Below, in pieces: positions 26,130 to 39,099 of a stretch of DNA of 64,000 bases. Location: contig MU058065.1 of the NCBI GenBank assembly GCA_013265495.1, forward strand, positions 1,449,527 through 1,513,526. The letters run 5' to 3'. Every line of letters starts with the position of its first letter. Position 1 is the stretch's first letter. This stretch comes from Vicugna vicugna (Eukaryota). The position numbers and the translations under genes are program-made. Below the pieces are notes generated by a model. The model had not been told where the DNA came from. It did not search any database and was given only the letters and a program-made list of their open reading frames with translations.

Positions 26130-27090
26130 TAAAATAAAACTTACCAAAATTCATGTGGTATAGCTAAAGCAATGCTTAGAAGGAAATTTATAGCATTGGT
26201 TACATATATTAGAAAAAAAGCAAGATCTAAAATCAATAATCTAAGCTTCCACCTAGGAAACTAGAAAAAGAAGAGCAAATTAAATCCAAAGGAAGCAGAA
26301 GAGAAGACAAATATAAAACAGAAACAGACTCACAGACATAGAAAACAAATTTATGGTTACCAGGGGGGTAGGGGGTAGGAAGGGATACATTGATTGGGAG
26401 TTTGAGATTTGCAGATGCTGACTGGTAAGTATAAAATAGATAAACAAGTTTATACCGTATAGCACAGGGAACTAATTGATATCTTATAGTAGCTTATGGT
26501 GAAAAAGGATATGAAAATGAATATACGTATATTTATATATGACTGAAGCAATGTGTTGTACACCAGAAGTTGACACAACATTGTAAACTGACTATACTTC
26601 AAAAAATAAAAGAAGCAGAAGAAAAGAAATAAAAAGTATTAGAGGAACAGAAATTATGATGTTAAAAACAGGAAATCAATAGGAAAATAAAACAACAAAA
26701 TCTGGTTCTTGGAAATAAAATTGGTGCACCTCTAATGAGGCTAACCAAGAAAAAAAGAGAAGACACAAAGTACTGTATCAGAAATGGAAGAGGAGACATC
26801 ACTACCGATCACAGCTCTTTGTCCACAAATTTGATAACTTAGATGAAATGGACCAATTCCTTTAAGACACAGTTTGTGGAAACTCAGAAAAGAAACAGAC
26901 AATCTGACAAAGTCTATTCTGTTTTACACTATAATGTAGACTCATCAGTTGTAACAAATGAACCATTGTGGTGCAGGGTGTTGACAGTTGAAGAGGCTGT
27001 GAGTTTGTGGGGACGGGAGTAAATGGGAACTCTGTACTTCTCAATTTTTCTGTGAACCTAAAACTGCTCTTAAAGATTATCTATTAAAAA
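26130..27090 (+). mobile_element. Old L1 (ORF2 plus L1MC-like 3' end) interrupted by a younger L1 3' end at ~26308-26610
   Basis: agctaaagcaatgcttagaaggaaatttatagca...aatcaataatctaagcttccacct resumes after the insert. The insert is flanked by gaagcagaaga (26292-26302, 26612-26622). Confidence 0.85.
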
Positions 27091-27774
27091 TACATATTTT
27101 ATAGTTAGATGCAGTGATCTCTACATATGTGTAGGTCTTTTGTTAATTATGCTGTTTAAATTTGTATCCTCACTGAATTTTTGTCTATCATAAAATAACA
27201 CACACACACTCACACAGTCACAAACCCATATTTTACTTTGATTTTTCAGTTATCCTCACTCTCAGTTACACATCCCACCATTACTGGAAGTAGACGTTTG
27301 TGCCAAGACACTTTTTCATCAGTCTGTGCCATTCGCCTGTCAAACTCCTACTCAGGCTTCAAAACCTTCCTTAAGGGTGACCTTTCCAAACTGGTTTCCT
27401 GACTGCCTAGCAGAGCTGTGACTTCCTCTGTGTCACTCTATGAGGATTGTTATCGTACTACTGCAACATGTTATATCTTTCTTCAAGGGCAGAACTTCTC
27501 TATACCCAGCATCTAAAATGGTTCCTTCAAATATTATATACAAAACAAATATTTGCAGCACAAAATTCATTCTGCAGAATTATAATGGGAAAAAATGAGA
27601 AATCTGGCCGAACTCCCTATACATGAATCTTTCCTTCTATTCATGTTGGCCCGCAGTTTTTCTATGGTTTCTGCCATTTGTATTTCTCCAGCTTAGATAC
27701 AGAACTATATCATTTGTAGCTTGGGTAACATTCCCTGTTCTTACTTCCTGCTCAAATTAGTGATGAAATATCAT

Positions 27775-28020
27775 CTGGAAAGAGGGCCCACAAGGAAATG
27801 AACCAAGCAGAAGACATGTGACGCTGTCTCAGATGTTCCAGTCTCAGCAGAGCTACTGGCTGAATGCAGCCACGTGAACCATCCCAGCCAACCAGATAAG
27901 GCAGAAGAGCTGCCCGGCTGATTCCAACCAACCCCAGGATCCCAATAAATAACAAATCATTGTTGTTTTAGTCCATAGAGTTTTGGAGTGGTTTGTTATG
28001 GGACAATAGATATGGGAAAT
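27775..28020 (+). mobile_element. MaLR LTR 3' half (MLT1G/H-like)
   Basis: gctgaatgcagccacgtgaa...gcagaagagctgcccggctga...ttgttgttttagtccatagagttttggagtggtttgttatg. Confidence 0.75.
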
Positions 28021-28564
28021 ACCACTATGTCACTCTGGGTATTTTATGCAGAAAGAAATGTAATAAGGAATTTAGTTTTACAAAATTATTGGAAGGGCAA
28101 GATGAGCCTCAAGTCAGGAGCCCCTTCTGGACGATCAAGCCCAAGTTTACGGAGACACATCCTAACTGTGATCCAGATGTCGGGAAACTCCCATGGCTGC
28201 TACCACAGTCATCGCCACAGCTGCCTCTTAAGCTGGTGACCGGAAGCCAGATGCTTGAGTCTGCCTCTCTGTACTCATATCCCCACTCTCTTGTTCCCAG
28301 TCCCCATAACAGCTAGACAATAGCACACGTGTCATTACCGCCTTCTGAATCTCATCCACATGCTTCGAACTGGCACACCTTCTATTATACCCAGAATTCT
28401 AGATTCAAGAGAGTCTGAAAAATGTAGATTTTAGCTTTCCAAACTCAGAGGCTAGAAGGGGAGTGGAATGAATGAATAGAGAAGTCTAGTACCCTTGACC
28501 AAAGTCCTCTGACTCTGAATTAATCGGCATGACACATAGAAATGACGTAGGAATGGCAATATGA

Positions 28565-28775
28565 TTTCCCATCCTGGTTCTGCTGCTTACTAAGTGCCTG
28601 ACCTTGGTCAAACTGCTTAACCTGTCCGAACCTCAGTTTCCCCATCCATAAAAAGGAGGAATACTTATTCCCAATTTGGAGTGTTTTTCAAGAACTCAAT
28701 ACAGCTTTCCTAAAGTTCCTGGCAAAATGCCTGGCACATAAGAGGTACTCAGTGATTGATATCAGTTATTATTAA
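28565..28775 (+). mobile_element. MIR SINE
   Basis: atcctggttctgctgcttact...tgaccttggtcaaactgcttaacctgtccgaacctcagtttccccatccataaaa...tgcctggcacata. Confidence 0.8.
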
Positions 28776-30619
28776 TGGAGGAGAGGACAAGAAAACAAAA
28801 AACTGCAATATACAGAAAGTATTATTTGATCATATAGGAGAGACATCTAATAGATTGAGAGGGAGAAAAGATGTACTAAAGAAGGTTATTTCCCCTCTGA
28901 ATCTTGAAATTTGAGATGCACCAGGCAAAAAATGGCAGAAAAGGGAATTCCACATATTGATTAAGTAGGACCATGACTCCAGTGATTCTGTACTTATTTC
29001 TAGAACACTTCGTAAGAATGGCATTTAATTTAATGTCAATAGCTTCTGATTTTTCTCCCTTTCATGTTTCCATCTACATGGTACAGTATTGGAACAAACA
29101 CTGGACTAGAAATATATCTGAGTAGTAATAGTACCTTCGCCACCAAGTAGTTTTGTCAGTAGCCGAACTGAGATACAGCACTTAGCATCTGAGTTTTCAC
29201 TTCACCTTCTGTAAACAAAACGAAAAACTTAAAAAAGCAAAGACAAACATGACTGAGATCATTTCTGTGACCACTTCCAACTTTGACCATCTCTGAAATG
29301 CCTTGATCCACTTACACCCAAGGACAGCCCATAGGTTTTTACCAGTTGACTTTCTCACCATATCAGGACTCTACCCCTGCCCAAAATGTGACTCCAACAA
29401 GAGAACACATGTCCAATGGTGAATGAAGGCCTATTGAGTAGATTTACATATTAACCACCAGGTTTGGCTTTCACAAGTAAATTTCATCGAACTGATAAAC
29501 ATCTGTTAGATAAATCTTGGCATCAGTGAAAGCAAAACAGGGTAGTGAAAACCTGGTGTCTTTATGAAATACGTTATTGGGCTTCAAGAATCATATTCAG
29601 GTGCTTTCAAGGAGCTCCCATCCAGGCATTTCTTTAACAGAAGGTAGAGTATTTGGCCAGTTTTAGGAAAGCCTCTTGTTAACGTGAGTTTGAAGCTTTC
29701 TGCACTTGATGACACCCATTCAAATACACAAAAAGTACTTTGACTCTATTAGGATTTTTTTTAGACTAGTTGCTTAATAACTCTCCTATTGCTTTTAAAA
29801 TTTTCTATAAAAATAGCTATTTTCTTCTTTTTATCCCTCTAGCAAATAAACAAACAAGGAGAAAGGGGATAATATTCATGATTAGCTCAGAACAGAAGTA
29901 CATTTGAAAGTCTACACTTGAGAAATTGCTAGGAGATAAAGCTATGAAAACTCCTGATCTAGTCGTGTGAATACATTCTAATGACCCTCTGGGGAAGAGC
30001 ACAAACCCACTGGCTTCCATTTGAATAGAGTCCTCAGGACTAGTCCGTCTGCCATTTTTGCTTCAGGCTTTGGAGATACACGCACGGTTTGCGCTGGTTT
30101 TTCCCCTCCGCCTTCTCCCTTTTCGAAAGCTGAACTCTGGGCGATGCTGTTATATTTCTATTTCGCTTCTCTTTACCGCATCAGGGGCAGAGGCAAAGCA
30201 GAGCATCTGCACAGGAAATGGGTTGGTTCAAATGCAAGTACACATCAAAACCACATGCCTGAGAAAAAGCAGTGATAGTGTTAGATCGATTTTTTTAAAA
30301 AGAAAAATTTCCTGGAAATAATAGTTTCTTTATTCTAATTATATCCACCAAAGACATGTTTTTTTTCCAACTGTCTTCTGCCCACCTCATCAGGGTATGG
30401 AATTAATGTCTTGAAAAATTTTATAAGCATAGACTAAGTATTAATATGCTTCTTTCTGAGGCACCTATTTATCTTTTTTAAATAATCACTTGATATTTGT
30501 TAAGTGTATATTTGGTGTAACAATCTCTTAACTAGAAGAAGAAAATGGCAAATGATACCATGACTTCTGATTGATTACTCTTGGCAACGTGCAATAATGA
30601 AAACAACAAACTATATATA

Positions 30620-32060
30620 CACATACATTTGACAAAGGACTTATATCCAGAATATATAAATCAGATTTTAAAATCAATAAAAGACTGACAAACCAATTTA
30701 AAATGGGCAAAAATTTCGAACAGATTTTCTTTCCTTGTCTTTTTATTCAGAGTTTCTCTCTTAGGAATTTTCCTGTTTGAGCTCTTTTTGTCAGTTAAGA
30801 TCTTTGTATATTATAGATATTTGCCTTTCTTTTTTATTTTTAGTATAACTATTTACCTAATGATATCATTTGCCTCTTGGCTTTTTTAATATTTCTTTTG
30901 CCATAATGAAGAGTGAAGTCTTCATGTATTTAAATATTACTATTTTTTTCTTCTATAATATCTGGAATTCCTGCCTTGATTAAGACAGTATCACACTACT
31001 GATGAAAAAATAAACATTAAAACATAGTCAAACTAATAAATTCCAAAACCAGTTCCTTGAAGAAGCTAACAGAATAGATAATCCTCCCAAGAACCTAATT
31101 AAGGAAAAAAAAAGAAGAAAGTAAACAGTTCAAGATTAAGACTGAGAAACACATTTGGATAAAAAAAGAATAAGTAAACATCAGCAAGAAGAAACAAAAC
31201 ATGTGGGACAACTGAATTAGTCTCTTCAAACAAGTCAATGTTATTGTCAAAATGGAGGAGGAGAATGGTTTTAAAGACTTAAGAGACATGACAACCAAAT
31301 CGTTGTGTCCTCTATGATTAAATTCTGGGCTGAGCAAATCAGCTATAGAGAAAAGGTGTTTGGGGAACAACTGGAGAAATCTGAGTATGAACCGGTTGAT
31401 TGACGTTATTAAGAGATTGAGTTCAGTGTGTTAAATGACATTGCACTTATATGAGAGAATGTTTTTACTGTTTAGAAATAAATGCTGAGTTATTTAGAGA
31501 TGCAGGGTCATGATTTCTCTAATTTAAAATGGGCAACTAACTATTGCTGGGGGTTATGTGGGTTTTCATTGTATGCTTGGGGAACTTTTTAGGCATGTTT
31601 AAAATATTTATAATAAAATTAAAAAGAAACCATGATAGGGGAAATATATAAGTTAATGCTACATGCAATTCTAGAGCAAATGTTTTAAAAACCTGGGAAA
31701 ATGGGTGATGTGTTTAGTAAAATATAAATTATTAAGAGGTAAAAGAAGATGTGTAAATATTCAATAGACCAATTATTATAGAAAAGACTTGAAAGTGATT
31801 ATAGATCGCTCGTGTAAGAAATACACCAGGACCAGATGGTTCCACAGCTGGAGTCAATTCAACCTTTGGAGAACAAATGATCCCAATGTTTTTTAAATTA
31901 TTGTAGGCCAGGAAAAGGGACAGAAGTTGCTCCAAGCCACTTTGGGAAGCTAAAGAAATCTTCCTGGCAAAATGTAGTAAAGTTGATTCCAAAAGAGAAA
32001 AGGTAACCAATCTCACTTAGACATATAGATGCAAAATTCTCCATGAGATATTAGAAAACA
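30620..32060. mobile_element. Cluster of old L1 fragments (mostly sense)
   Basis: gacaaaggacttatatccagaatatataaa...aaccaatttaaaatgggcaaaa; caccaggaccagatggttccacagctggagtcaattcaacctttggagaacaaatgatccca; catatagatgcaaaattct. Confidence 0.7.
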
Positions 32061-32972
32061 GATTTATTTGTCTGTTGCTCTCTTTAAAAAGTGGAAGAAG
32101 TCGTTATGTTATAATTTGTTATATGTCATTTTCTGTGACAATAGTGTGTGCTTGGGGTAATCAGCATATGAGGAGAAGAGGAAGGCGTTGAAATGCAAGA
32201 AGAATAAAGTATGAACAAGAGTTTATGAATGTAAGAAATTGAAAAGTTCCCATTCTAAATTTACTAATCATTTCCTTCTTCCTCATATCAAGCCAAAATC
32301 TGCCTCTGAGTAATTCCTGCAGATGGAGAAATAAAGATCCTGGGACACGAATTCCCTAAGGCCGGACTACAAATGAAAACCAAAGCGGGATAGAAAACCG
32401 AGAGACCAGTTTCCCGTCCAAACTGTTCTTTTCTTTCAAGTATGTGCCTCTCTTTGAAATACTCCCCAAGCATTCTGGGGACTCAGAGTGAGGGATGGCT
32501 GCATTACTGCGTGTGGAGTGTGGACAAAATATACAGCCTGGCACAGACGTTCTCATTCAAATCATATTATGCTAAGTGCAATTTTCTTCTAAGGAGTGAT
32601 CTGTCTTCTAAACCCAGTAACACATCCATATCAAACTTGCTATCTTTGCCCATAAACAACACGGAGGCCCTCAGCTTTGTCAAACTGCTCTGACTCTGGC
32701 AAGGGCTCATGGAGCCCCATAAATATCATACCTCTCAAATCGTGTTTTCCTTGTTGCTTTTTAATATTCCCTTGGCAAGATGGTGAAATATGTACCTTAT
32801 GAAATAGGATTCAGCCAAAAAGCCACTGGATAGAAATTCAATTGTTTATTTCTTTTTTTTTCCTTAATATTGGAGAACAAAGCAAGGCTTATGGCAAAGT
32901 TGTTTCTTATAGTTTGATTCGCAGTTCTGATACTTCATTTATTGCTGAATAAGTCAAGTTTTATACCTATCC

Positions 32973-33838
32973 TTTTTTTTTTTTTTTGGCATCTCCGGCT
33001 TTATTGGCTGCAAGGCTTCACATGTTCCCCATGGTTCAGCTCTTATTGAGAGCAGGAAAGTTGACACACTGCACCTGCTCCTCAGACGTGGTGATCTCTT
33101 CCGGCAGGTCGGTCCCCAACCTAACATCCTCTGCCACACACAGGATCTGCAGGTTGCCGATGTTGTGGCCCATGGGCACCAGCTGGCACTCCTCGGCCTC
33201 CTGAGATCAGCCCATCCAGCTGGACCCTGTCCAACTCGTCATCCCAAGGCTTATGTCAGGAGGATGGAGGAATTGGCCACCAGGTGGGCTTCTTGGCCTT
33301 CTTCTCTCCGTCACTGTGGAACAGGTCAACGTTGAGGCCCTCACCGTCCTCCGTGGCGGTGGCCGCCTTCCCGGTAGGGGGCTCCACTTGGCGCCTGGGG
33401 GTCATGCGCTGGGTCTGCAGGGCCGTGGGCGACCCTGCTGGGCCTCCAGCTTGGACACAGCCTGCCTCTGGTCCTGCACCACCCTTTGAAGGCTCTGCTT
33501 CATCACTTCCAGGCTGGCAATCTGGATGACCTGCTCACTGTGGTCTCCACCGGGCTCGTTAGAGGCCCCTGAGACTGAGCCTCCAGCCAGGGACTCCTGG
33601 ATGCTTCCTCTGGCCCTGGCGATGTTGGGGAGGATCACGCTGGTGCTGTGCTCCTGGCTTGAGGAGCCAGCCCCAGGTCCGTTCATCGACTCAGAGCATT
33701 TCCCTTCTGCATCACTGTATTTGAACTTCTCCAGCCAGGTCTTCTTGTGCACTTGGAAGTTTGTGGCCATTTTCATGCAGCCGAGGATGTGACAACCCAA
33801 GAGGAGAACTCGGCGGCTTGGGGACAGCAGGTGTAAGG
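32973..33838 (-). pseudogene. EEF1D: Processed (retro)pseudogene of eukaryotic translation elongation factor 1 delta, short isoform
   Basis: Intronless. ATG at 33770 gives [22 protein letters not shown]...IARAR..IQESLAG...IASLEV..QSL..VVQ...SKLEA. Later frames give VDLFHSD, EKKAKKP, SSILL, WDDE, QLDGL and ...VNFPALNKS* (TGA at 33036-33038), matching EEF1D motifs. Frameshifts and internal deletions are present. AATAAA at 33005-33000, 15-nt poly(A) at 32987-32973, TSD caagttttatac at 32955-32966 and 33839-33850 next to a TTTT/AA L1 endonuclease site. Confidence 0.95.
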
Positions 33839-35634
33839 CAAGTTTTATACTTTTAATCACCAAACAAAATTATTTTAATTTACCTACCCCAATTACAATC
33901 ACTGCAGTGTCCGGGCAAATCACCTGCTCCGTGGACCTCTTTCCCTCTTTTACAAATAGAATACATGTACTTTTCCCTCAATAGGGAAACAGGAAGGAGA
34001 ATTTGATAATATCACAGAATCATTTTAACTTAGACATATGTCTTCCTATGCCTTTTTAAGGTTAATTACTAAAATGCTCCTCCTTCTAATTTCAATGTTA
34101 TTAAATTATTTCTCAGTTTTCTCTTATGGACAGTGGGACAATACTGCATGTTTCTTCTGCCTATCAGTACGAATGGTTTGAGACTCAAATAGTCTATTTT
34201 GTAAATTGTAGAACACTAGGCAAACTTGAAATACATAAAGCTTGAGACAGGCTGATGGGCAGGTTGACGCCTAGGGTACAATGGACTTAGGAAAGGTGGC
34301 TTAATGCCATGGGATTATTCCAAGGGGCATTTATTCTTTCTACAATCTGAGTACCAGAATGTGAACTCACACCCAGCTCTTCAGACTCCTGGACTAACGG
34401 CTCTTGACGTTTTCACACTATTGTACGTCTAGGTATAGTAAAGATGGTATGGTTTCCACTTTTATGCTTAGTACTGCTATGAAAAAGCTCTTGAAGGTTT
34501 TCCTTAACTCATAGGACAAGTGTGATCAGCCCTGGGGAAAGTCAAGGAGAAGGGTGATAGGAGAGGGAGATTGACAATTTCATGTTTCTAGTTGTATAGA
34601 GCCTCGGACTGTACCAGGGCAGGTAATCAGTGCTTACTGAGTCTAAAAAAGCCATTGATGCTTTTGAATCAGGAGAAACGGTACTTGAGCTTTAAAGAAG
34701 AAAAGGAAGGAAGAGAGGAAGGAAGGAAAGAAAGAAAGAAGTGAGGGAGAGAGGGAGGGAAAACCAGAAAATTCCAAGTTATTGAGGCCAATTTTTTCAA
34801 TCTTAGGGCCATAAGAATGTAAAATATAAAATGTTAACATGGGTCCTATCTGAGACTCCATTTTCACAATCTCACCACCCCCCAACACACACACCCTCCT
34901 CACTAATGTTTTGTAAGTCAGTTTCTCTATTCAAAATTGAGCTATTTAAAGGGAGAGACCATTTGCTTTGCTCTGCAGTCCCATGGCTTAGGGTGAGATC
35001 CTGCCCAGAGTTGATATTCCATAAATGTCCGTTGAGAGTGGGGTTATTTTTTTCTGATTAAATGGCTTGCTTGGTCCATGCCAACGTCAATAAAAAGGAG
35101 AATTAGAGCTTAATGAAACTTGGTTGCAGGTTATGTGTTCTAAATACCAGAAAATACAGAACAATAAAGGCTTGCATTTAAGGTCATTGAACAAAATTTG
35201 CTGCCACTGATTCCTTAAATGCCTGGTCTGTGGATCTGGGGAGGTACCCTAATGATCCGCCTTGACTTACAGAGAATCAGGCATAGGATAGGTAAGCTGA
35301 ACAACCCCATTTTACAAGATATTAAAACTCAAGTGAAATAATACATTGTGAAACTACATTCCAGACTGTAACACACTGTGTTATCCTTGGATGTTGTTAC
35401 ATAACAATGGATTAGCATTATAATATCAGAATTATAGTGTTACTATTGTTCATGGAATTCCAGAGTCATTGATTTGGGTTAAGACGTTGTCTTCAGAATG
35501 CCTGTGATTTCCGCAATATTGCCTGTAAAATGATAATACGAATCCTGCTTACTGCAAAAGTTCTTACCAAATGTATTCAAGGACATGAAAGATTTAAAAA
35601 ATTCATAGGTTCTCTATAAGTCTGGTAATGGTAA

Positions 35635-35860
35635 CACTTACTGAAGTCTATGTGCTGAGCACTTTTTAAGAAAGTTATGCTGACTTACCTAGCCCTCTCA
35701 GCTGCCCTGCTTCTCAGCTACTTCTTCTCATCCTTATTTTTCAGATGAAGAAACTGAGACTTAGAGAATTTAAGAAACTTGCTAAAGGAAGAAGTCAAAC
35801 TGAGATCTGAACCCAGGCGGCTGAAGTCCATAGCATGTGCTTTTAACCACTCTTCTGCTA
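35635..35860 (-). mobile_element. MIR SINE
   Basis: ccttatttttcagatgaagaaactgagacttagagaatttaagaaacttgct...gatctgaacccaggcggctg...tgcttttaaccact. Confidence 0.8.
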
Positions 35861-36329
35861 TGTCAGGGACCACTGAAGATTCACTTGTTTTACGAATCAG
35901 CTGTTTTCTGAAAAATGGGAACCAGGATGGATATGTTTCTGTGATGATGTCTCTTACGATGGAAAGGTGCAGGTGCAGAACACAGAATGCAACAAAACGG
36001 AGTAATTTTTTTAAAAGCGGGAGTGGGGTTCATGAAGCGCAAGCCAAAGTATGAGCCAAGAAATCTGACACCCCTTATGACTTTATTTTTAACTTTTAAA
36101 AATTTTATTGAATCTGCAGTTATCCTTTTGTCATTTCGATATAATTTCTTTTGTAAAATGTTATTTTATTTATTTATGAATAGGTTATTATACATGTGAT
36201 ACAAAATCCAATGAGCACACAGAATATATAGTAATAAATATAAACACATATTAATAACATATATAGACACTCCTGTCCCCCAGCTGTCAAGTTCCTTTTC
36301 CCAGAAATAATAACTGTAATCTGTTTCTT

Positions 36330-37300
36330 GTGCAACTCCACCGCGATTAATTTTAGAACATTTTCATCATCCCAGAAAGGAACCTTGTACCCATTGGCTA
36401 TCATTCCCCATTTCCCCTCAACCCTTTCCAGCCCTGAGCAACCACTTATCTACTTTCTGTTTCAAGATTTGCCTTTTCATAGGAAAGGTTTCAAAATAGG
36501 TGGACTTTTGTGACTACCTTCTTTCATTTAGCATGATGTTTTCAAGTTTCATCCATGTTGTAACACATATCCATACTTCATTTTTTGTTGCCAAAAATTA
36601 TCCATTTATGGATAGACCACATTTTATGAATCCATTCAAGTGGTGCATATTAAAGTTGCTTCCCCCTTTTAGCTATTCTGAATAAGGCTACTGTGAACAT
36701 TCTTGTGCAACTTGTGTGAAGAGATGGCTTCATTTCTCTAGGAGTGGAAATGCTGGGTCTATGGTAGCTCCATATTTACCATTTTGAGGAACTGCCAAAC
36801 TATTTCCAAAGCAGCTGCACTATTTTACATCCCTACCACCAATACACAAGGCTCCCAATGTCTCCACAACTCCCCAACACCTGTTCATTTCCATTGTTCC
36901 CCTTGTGGCCCTCCTAGTGGGGGTGGTACTTCATTGTGTATCTCACTGTGACTTTGATTTGCATTTGCTTGATGATGAATGATATTGAGCATGGGCCATT
37001 TACGTATCTTCTTTGGAGAAATGTATGATGGAATCCTTTGCCTATTCTTCCATTGGGCTGTTTGTCTGTTCATAGTTGTGTTACTTTGCTTTCTTTGTTT
37101 TGTTTTTCTTTCAAGACTTGTTTTTAGAGAGGAGTTAAGTTCACAGTAAAATAAAGAGGAAGATGCAGAGATTTCTCCCTATCTCCCCAAGTGTTAAACC
37201 TCCTCCATTACCAACACCCCCCACCAGAGTGGTACATTTGTTGCAACTGACCAACTTACACTGACACAGCATAATCACTCAGGTCCAGAGTTTATATTAA
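36330..37300 (-). mobile_element. L1MB-like 3' region followed by an L1MC-like 3' end
   Basis: taattttagaacattttcatcatcccagaaaggaaccttgtacccatt...atgttttcaagtttcatccatgttg...ttttgaggaactgccaaact; ccaccagagtggtacatttgttgcaactga. Confidence 0.85.
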
Positions 37301-39099
37301 TTAGGATGTTCATGGCATTTTCATAGATTTGCCTTTACAAAGCATCTCAGCCAAGTCTCTCCAGGGCACTGGGAAATGGGTGACCGGCAGAGAGTCAGAG
37401 AATGCCAAATTAACAGACCTGAAAGTTATATTTCTGCAGCAAAGAATGTATGTGTCTACAAACTCAGCTCTCTGCTGTTGGCATCCAGAAGGGAGCTTAA
37501 CTAAAACCTACATGACTATTGAGGGCCAAGGAGAGTCTCACTGTTGTTCCAGTTATTGACATGCCCTGAGGTCACTCACATCTACCCTCCTCAGTATGAC
37601 CCATGGAATGACCATCATACAGGGTGTGAGTAGGACCAATAGGTATTCATCAAATCCTCTCACACCAGTGCTCTGGGTGAGCCTCTGAAGCTGGAGAAGG
37701 TTCATAATAGTAAAGAAGTGCTAGTGATTTTCTGTTACGTGACACAGTTGAAGAATGTGTTTTAGGGGTGACTTGGTGTTTTGTGTTGGTGCCTTGCCTG
37801 CCATACCTAGGGCACATGACATTCCGAGGTATTTCAGTCCCTGTAGCCTTCATGTCCAGCCCCCCTTTCTCTTCTCCTCTGTCTTTCCCTGCCACAAGCA
37901 CTCTGAGATCTCTGACTGCAACAGCCCATCTAGGTCCTTGGCAAAGTCATGCACAAGCCAGTATTGTTAAGCAGCTACTGTGCATCAGGTTCTGAAACCA
38001 GGGACAAAGACTAGATGCCTCTACAGGGGAAACTCAAGTCCATTCAAAAGTGCTCAGTGAATCCCCACCCCCACCCCCTCGCACAAGAAAATATCCATTT
38101 GAAAGCATCACCTCAGGGGACACCCGTTAAGAGGAGGGTGTGGTTGGAGGGAGTTACTCCCACAGAGATCTTCCTGGGTCACCACAAAGCAACCACCTAC
38201 TTTGCTTACCCTTGTTCCCATATCGTGGACCAATGTGACAGCATACAATGCTAGTTTGCTATGAAGGGGATGGTACGGCCAACTGATGTTTCGTACGGCA
38301 CTTCCCAAATCCTCCTGCACGTCTGCCCATCATCATTTCTAGAATGTGCTGAAATGCCCGATCAGTATCTCTGACTAATTGAATCCCAGATATCAGAGAG
38401 CTGGCTCAAGAGCATTTATCAGCCACTTAAGAATCCTTTATACCCAAATGTGACCGTAATAGTGTTAAAACTATATATTGGCTTGGGGAAAATGTCAGGG
38501 TCACAGATCTATAAAAAGCTCTTAAGAAAAACCTAGACTACTTGGGATGGCTGTCTGGGATCGCCTCAGACTGGGGACCAGGGCTGCCCTTCCACCCTCC
38601 CAGCACCATCTGGAGTTGGAGAACCACCCGGGGTGTGACTCAAAACTGAGAATTCTTAGAAGACTTTAATCAGAGAGCTGGGGACCATGTGCAGGCCAGA
38701 TGGCTTTGTGACCAGTAGGAGCAGAAAATCCACACAAATGTAAGTCCACCCCAATACCTGACCCACATACGACCTAGTAACTCCGTGGTCAGTTCAAGCC
38801 AGTTTATCCTATGTGACACCACCCTTTCCGCAGCCTCTCCCGTCACATTACGCTGATTTATTGATTTCAAGCTTTTATTATCTAAAACTTCCTTGTTCAC
38901 ATATTTGTATTCGTTTATGTTTTAACTGGGTTATTTGCTGCCTACCACCAACCCCAAAATCTTATCAGCCCCTCGCAGCCTTAAGGTTCCTCTTATCCCA
39001 GTTTCCAGAGCAATGTGAAATGGCACACAGTAAGTGTTCAAGAAATACTGGTTGAAGGCACATTTGAACTTGGAAACTTACGCCAAGGCTCTGAGTGAG

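Noticed and set aside
33402..33863. 153-aa ORF as a functional full-length EEF1D gene
   Set aside because: The track's start is a non-ATG codon outside the TSD; the frame shifts after KLEAQ, and the GEF domain is broken by frameshifts and deletions.
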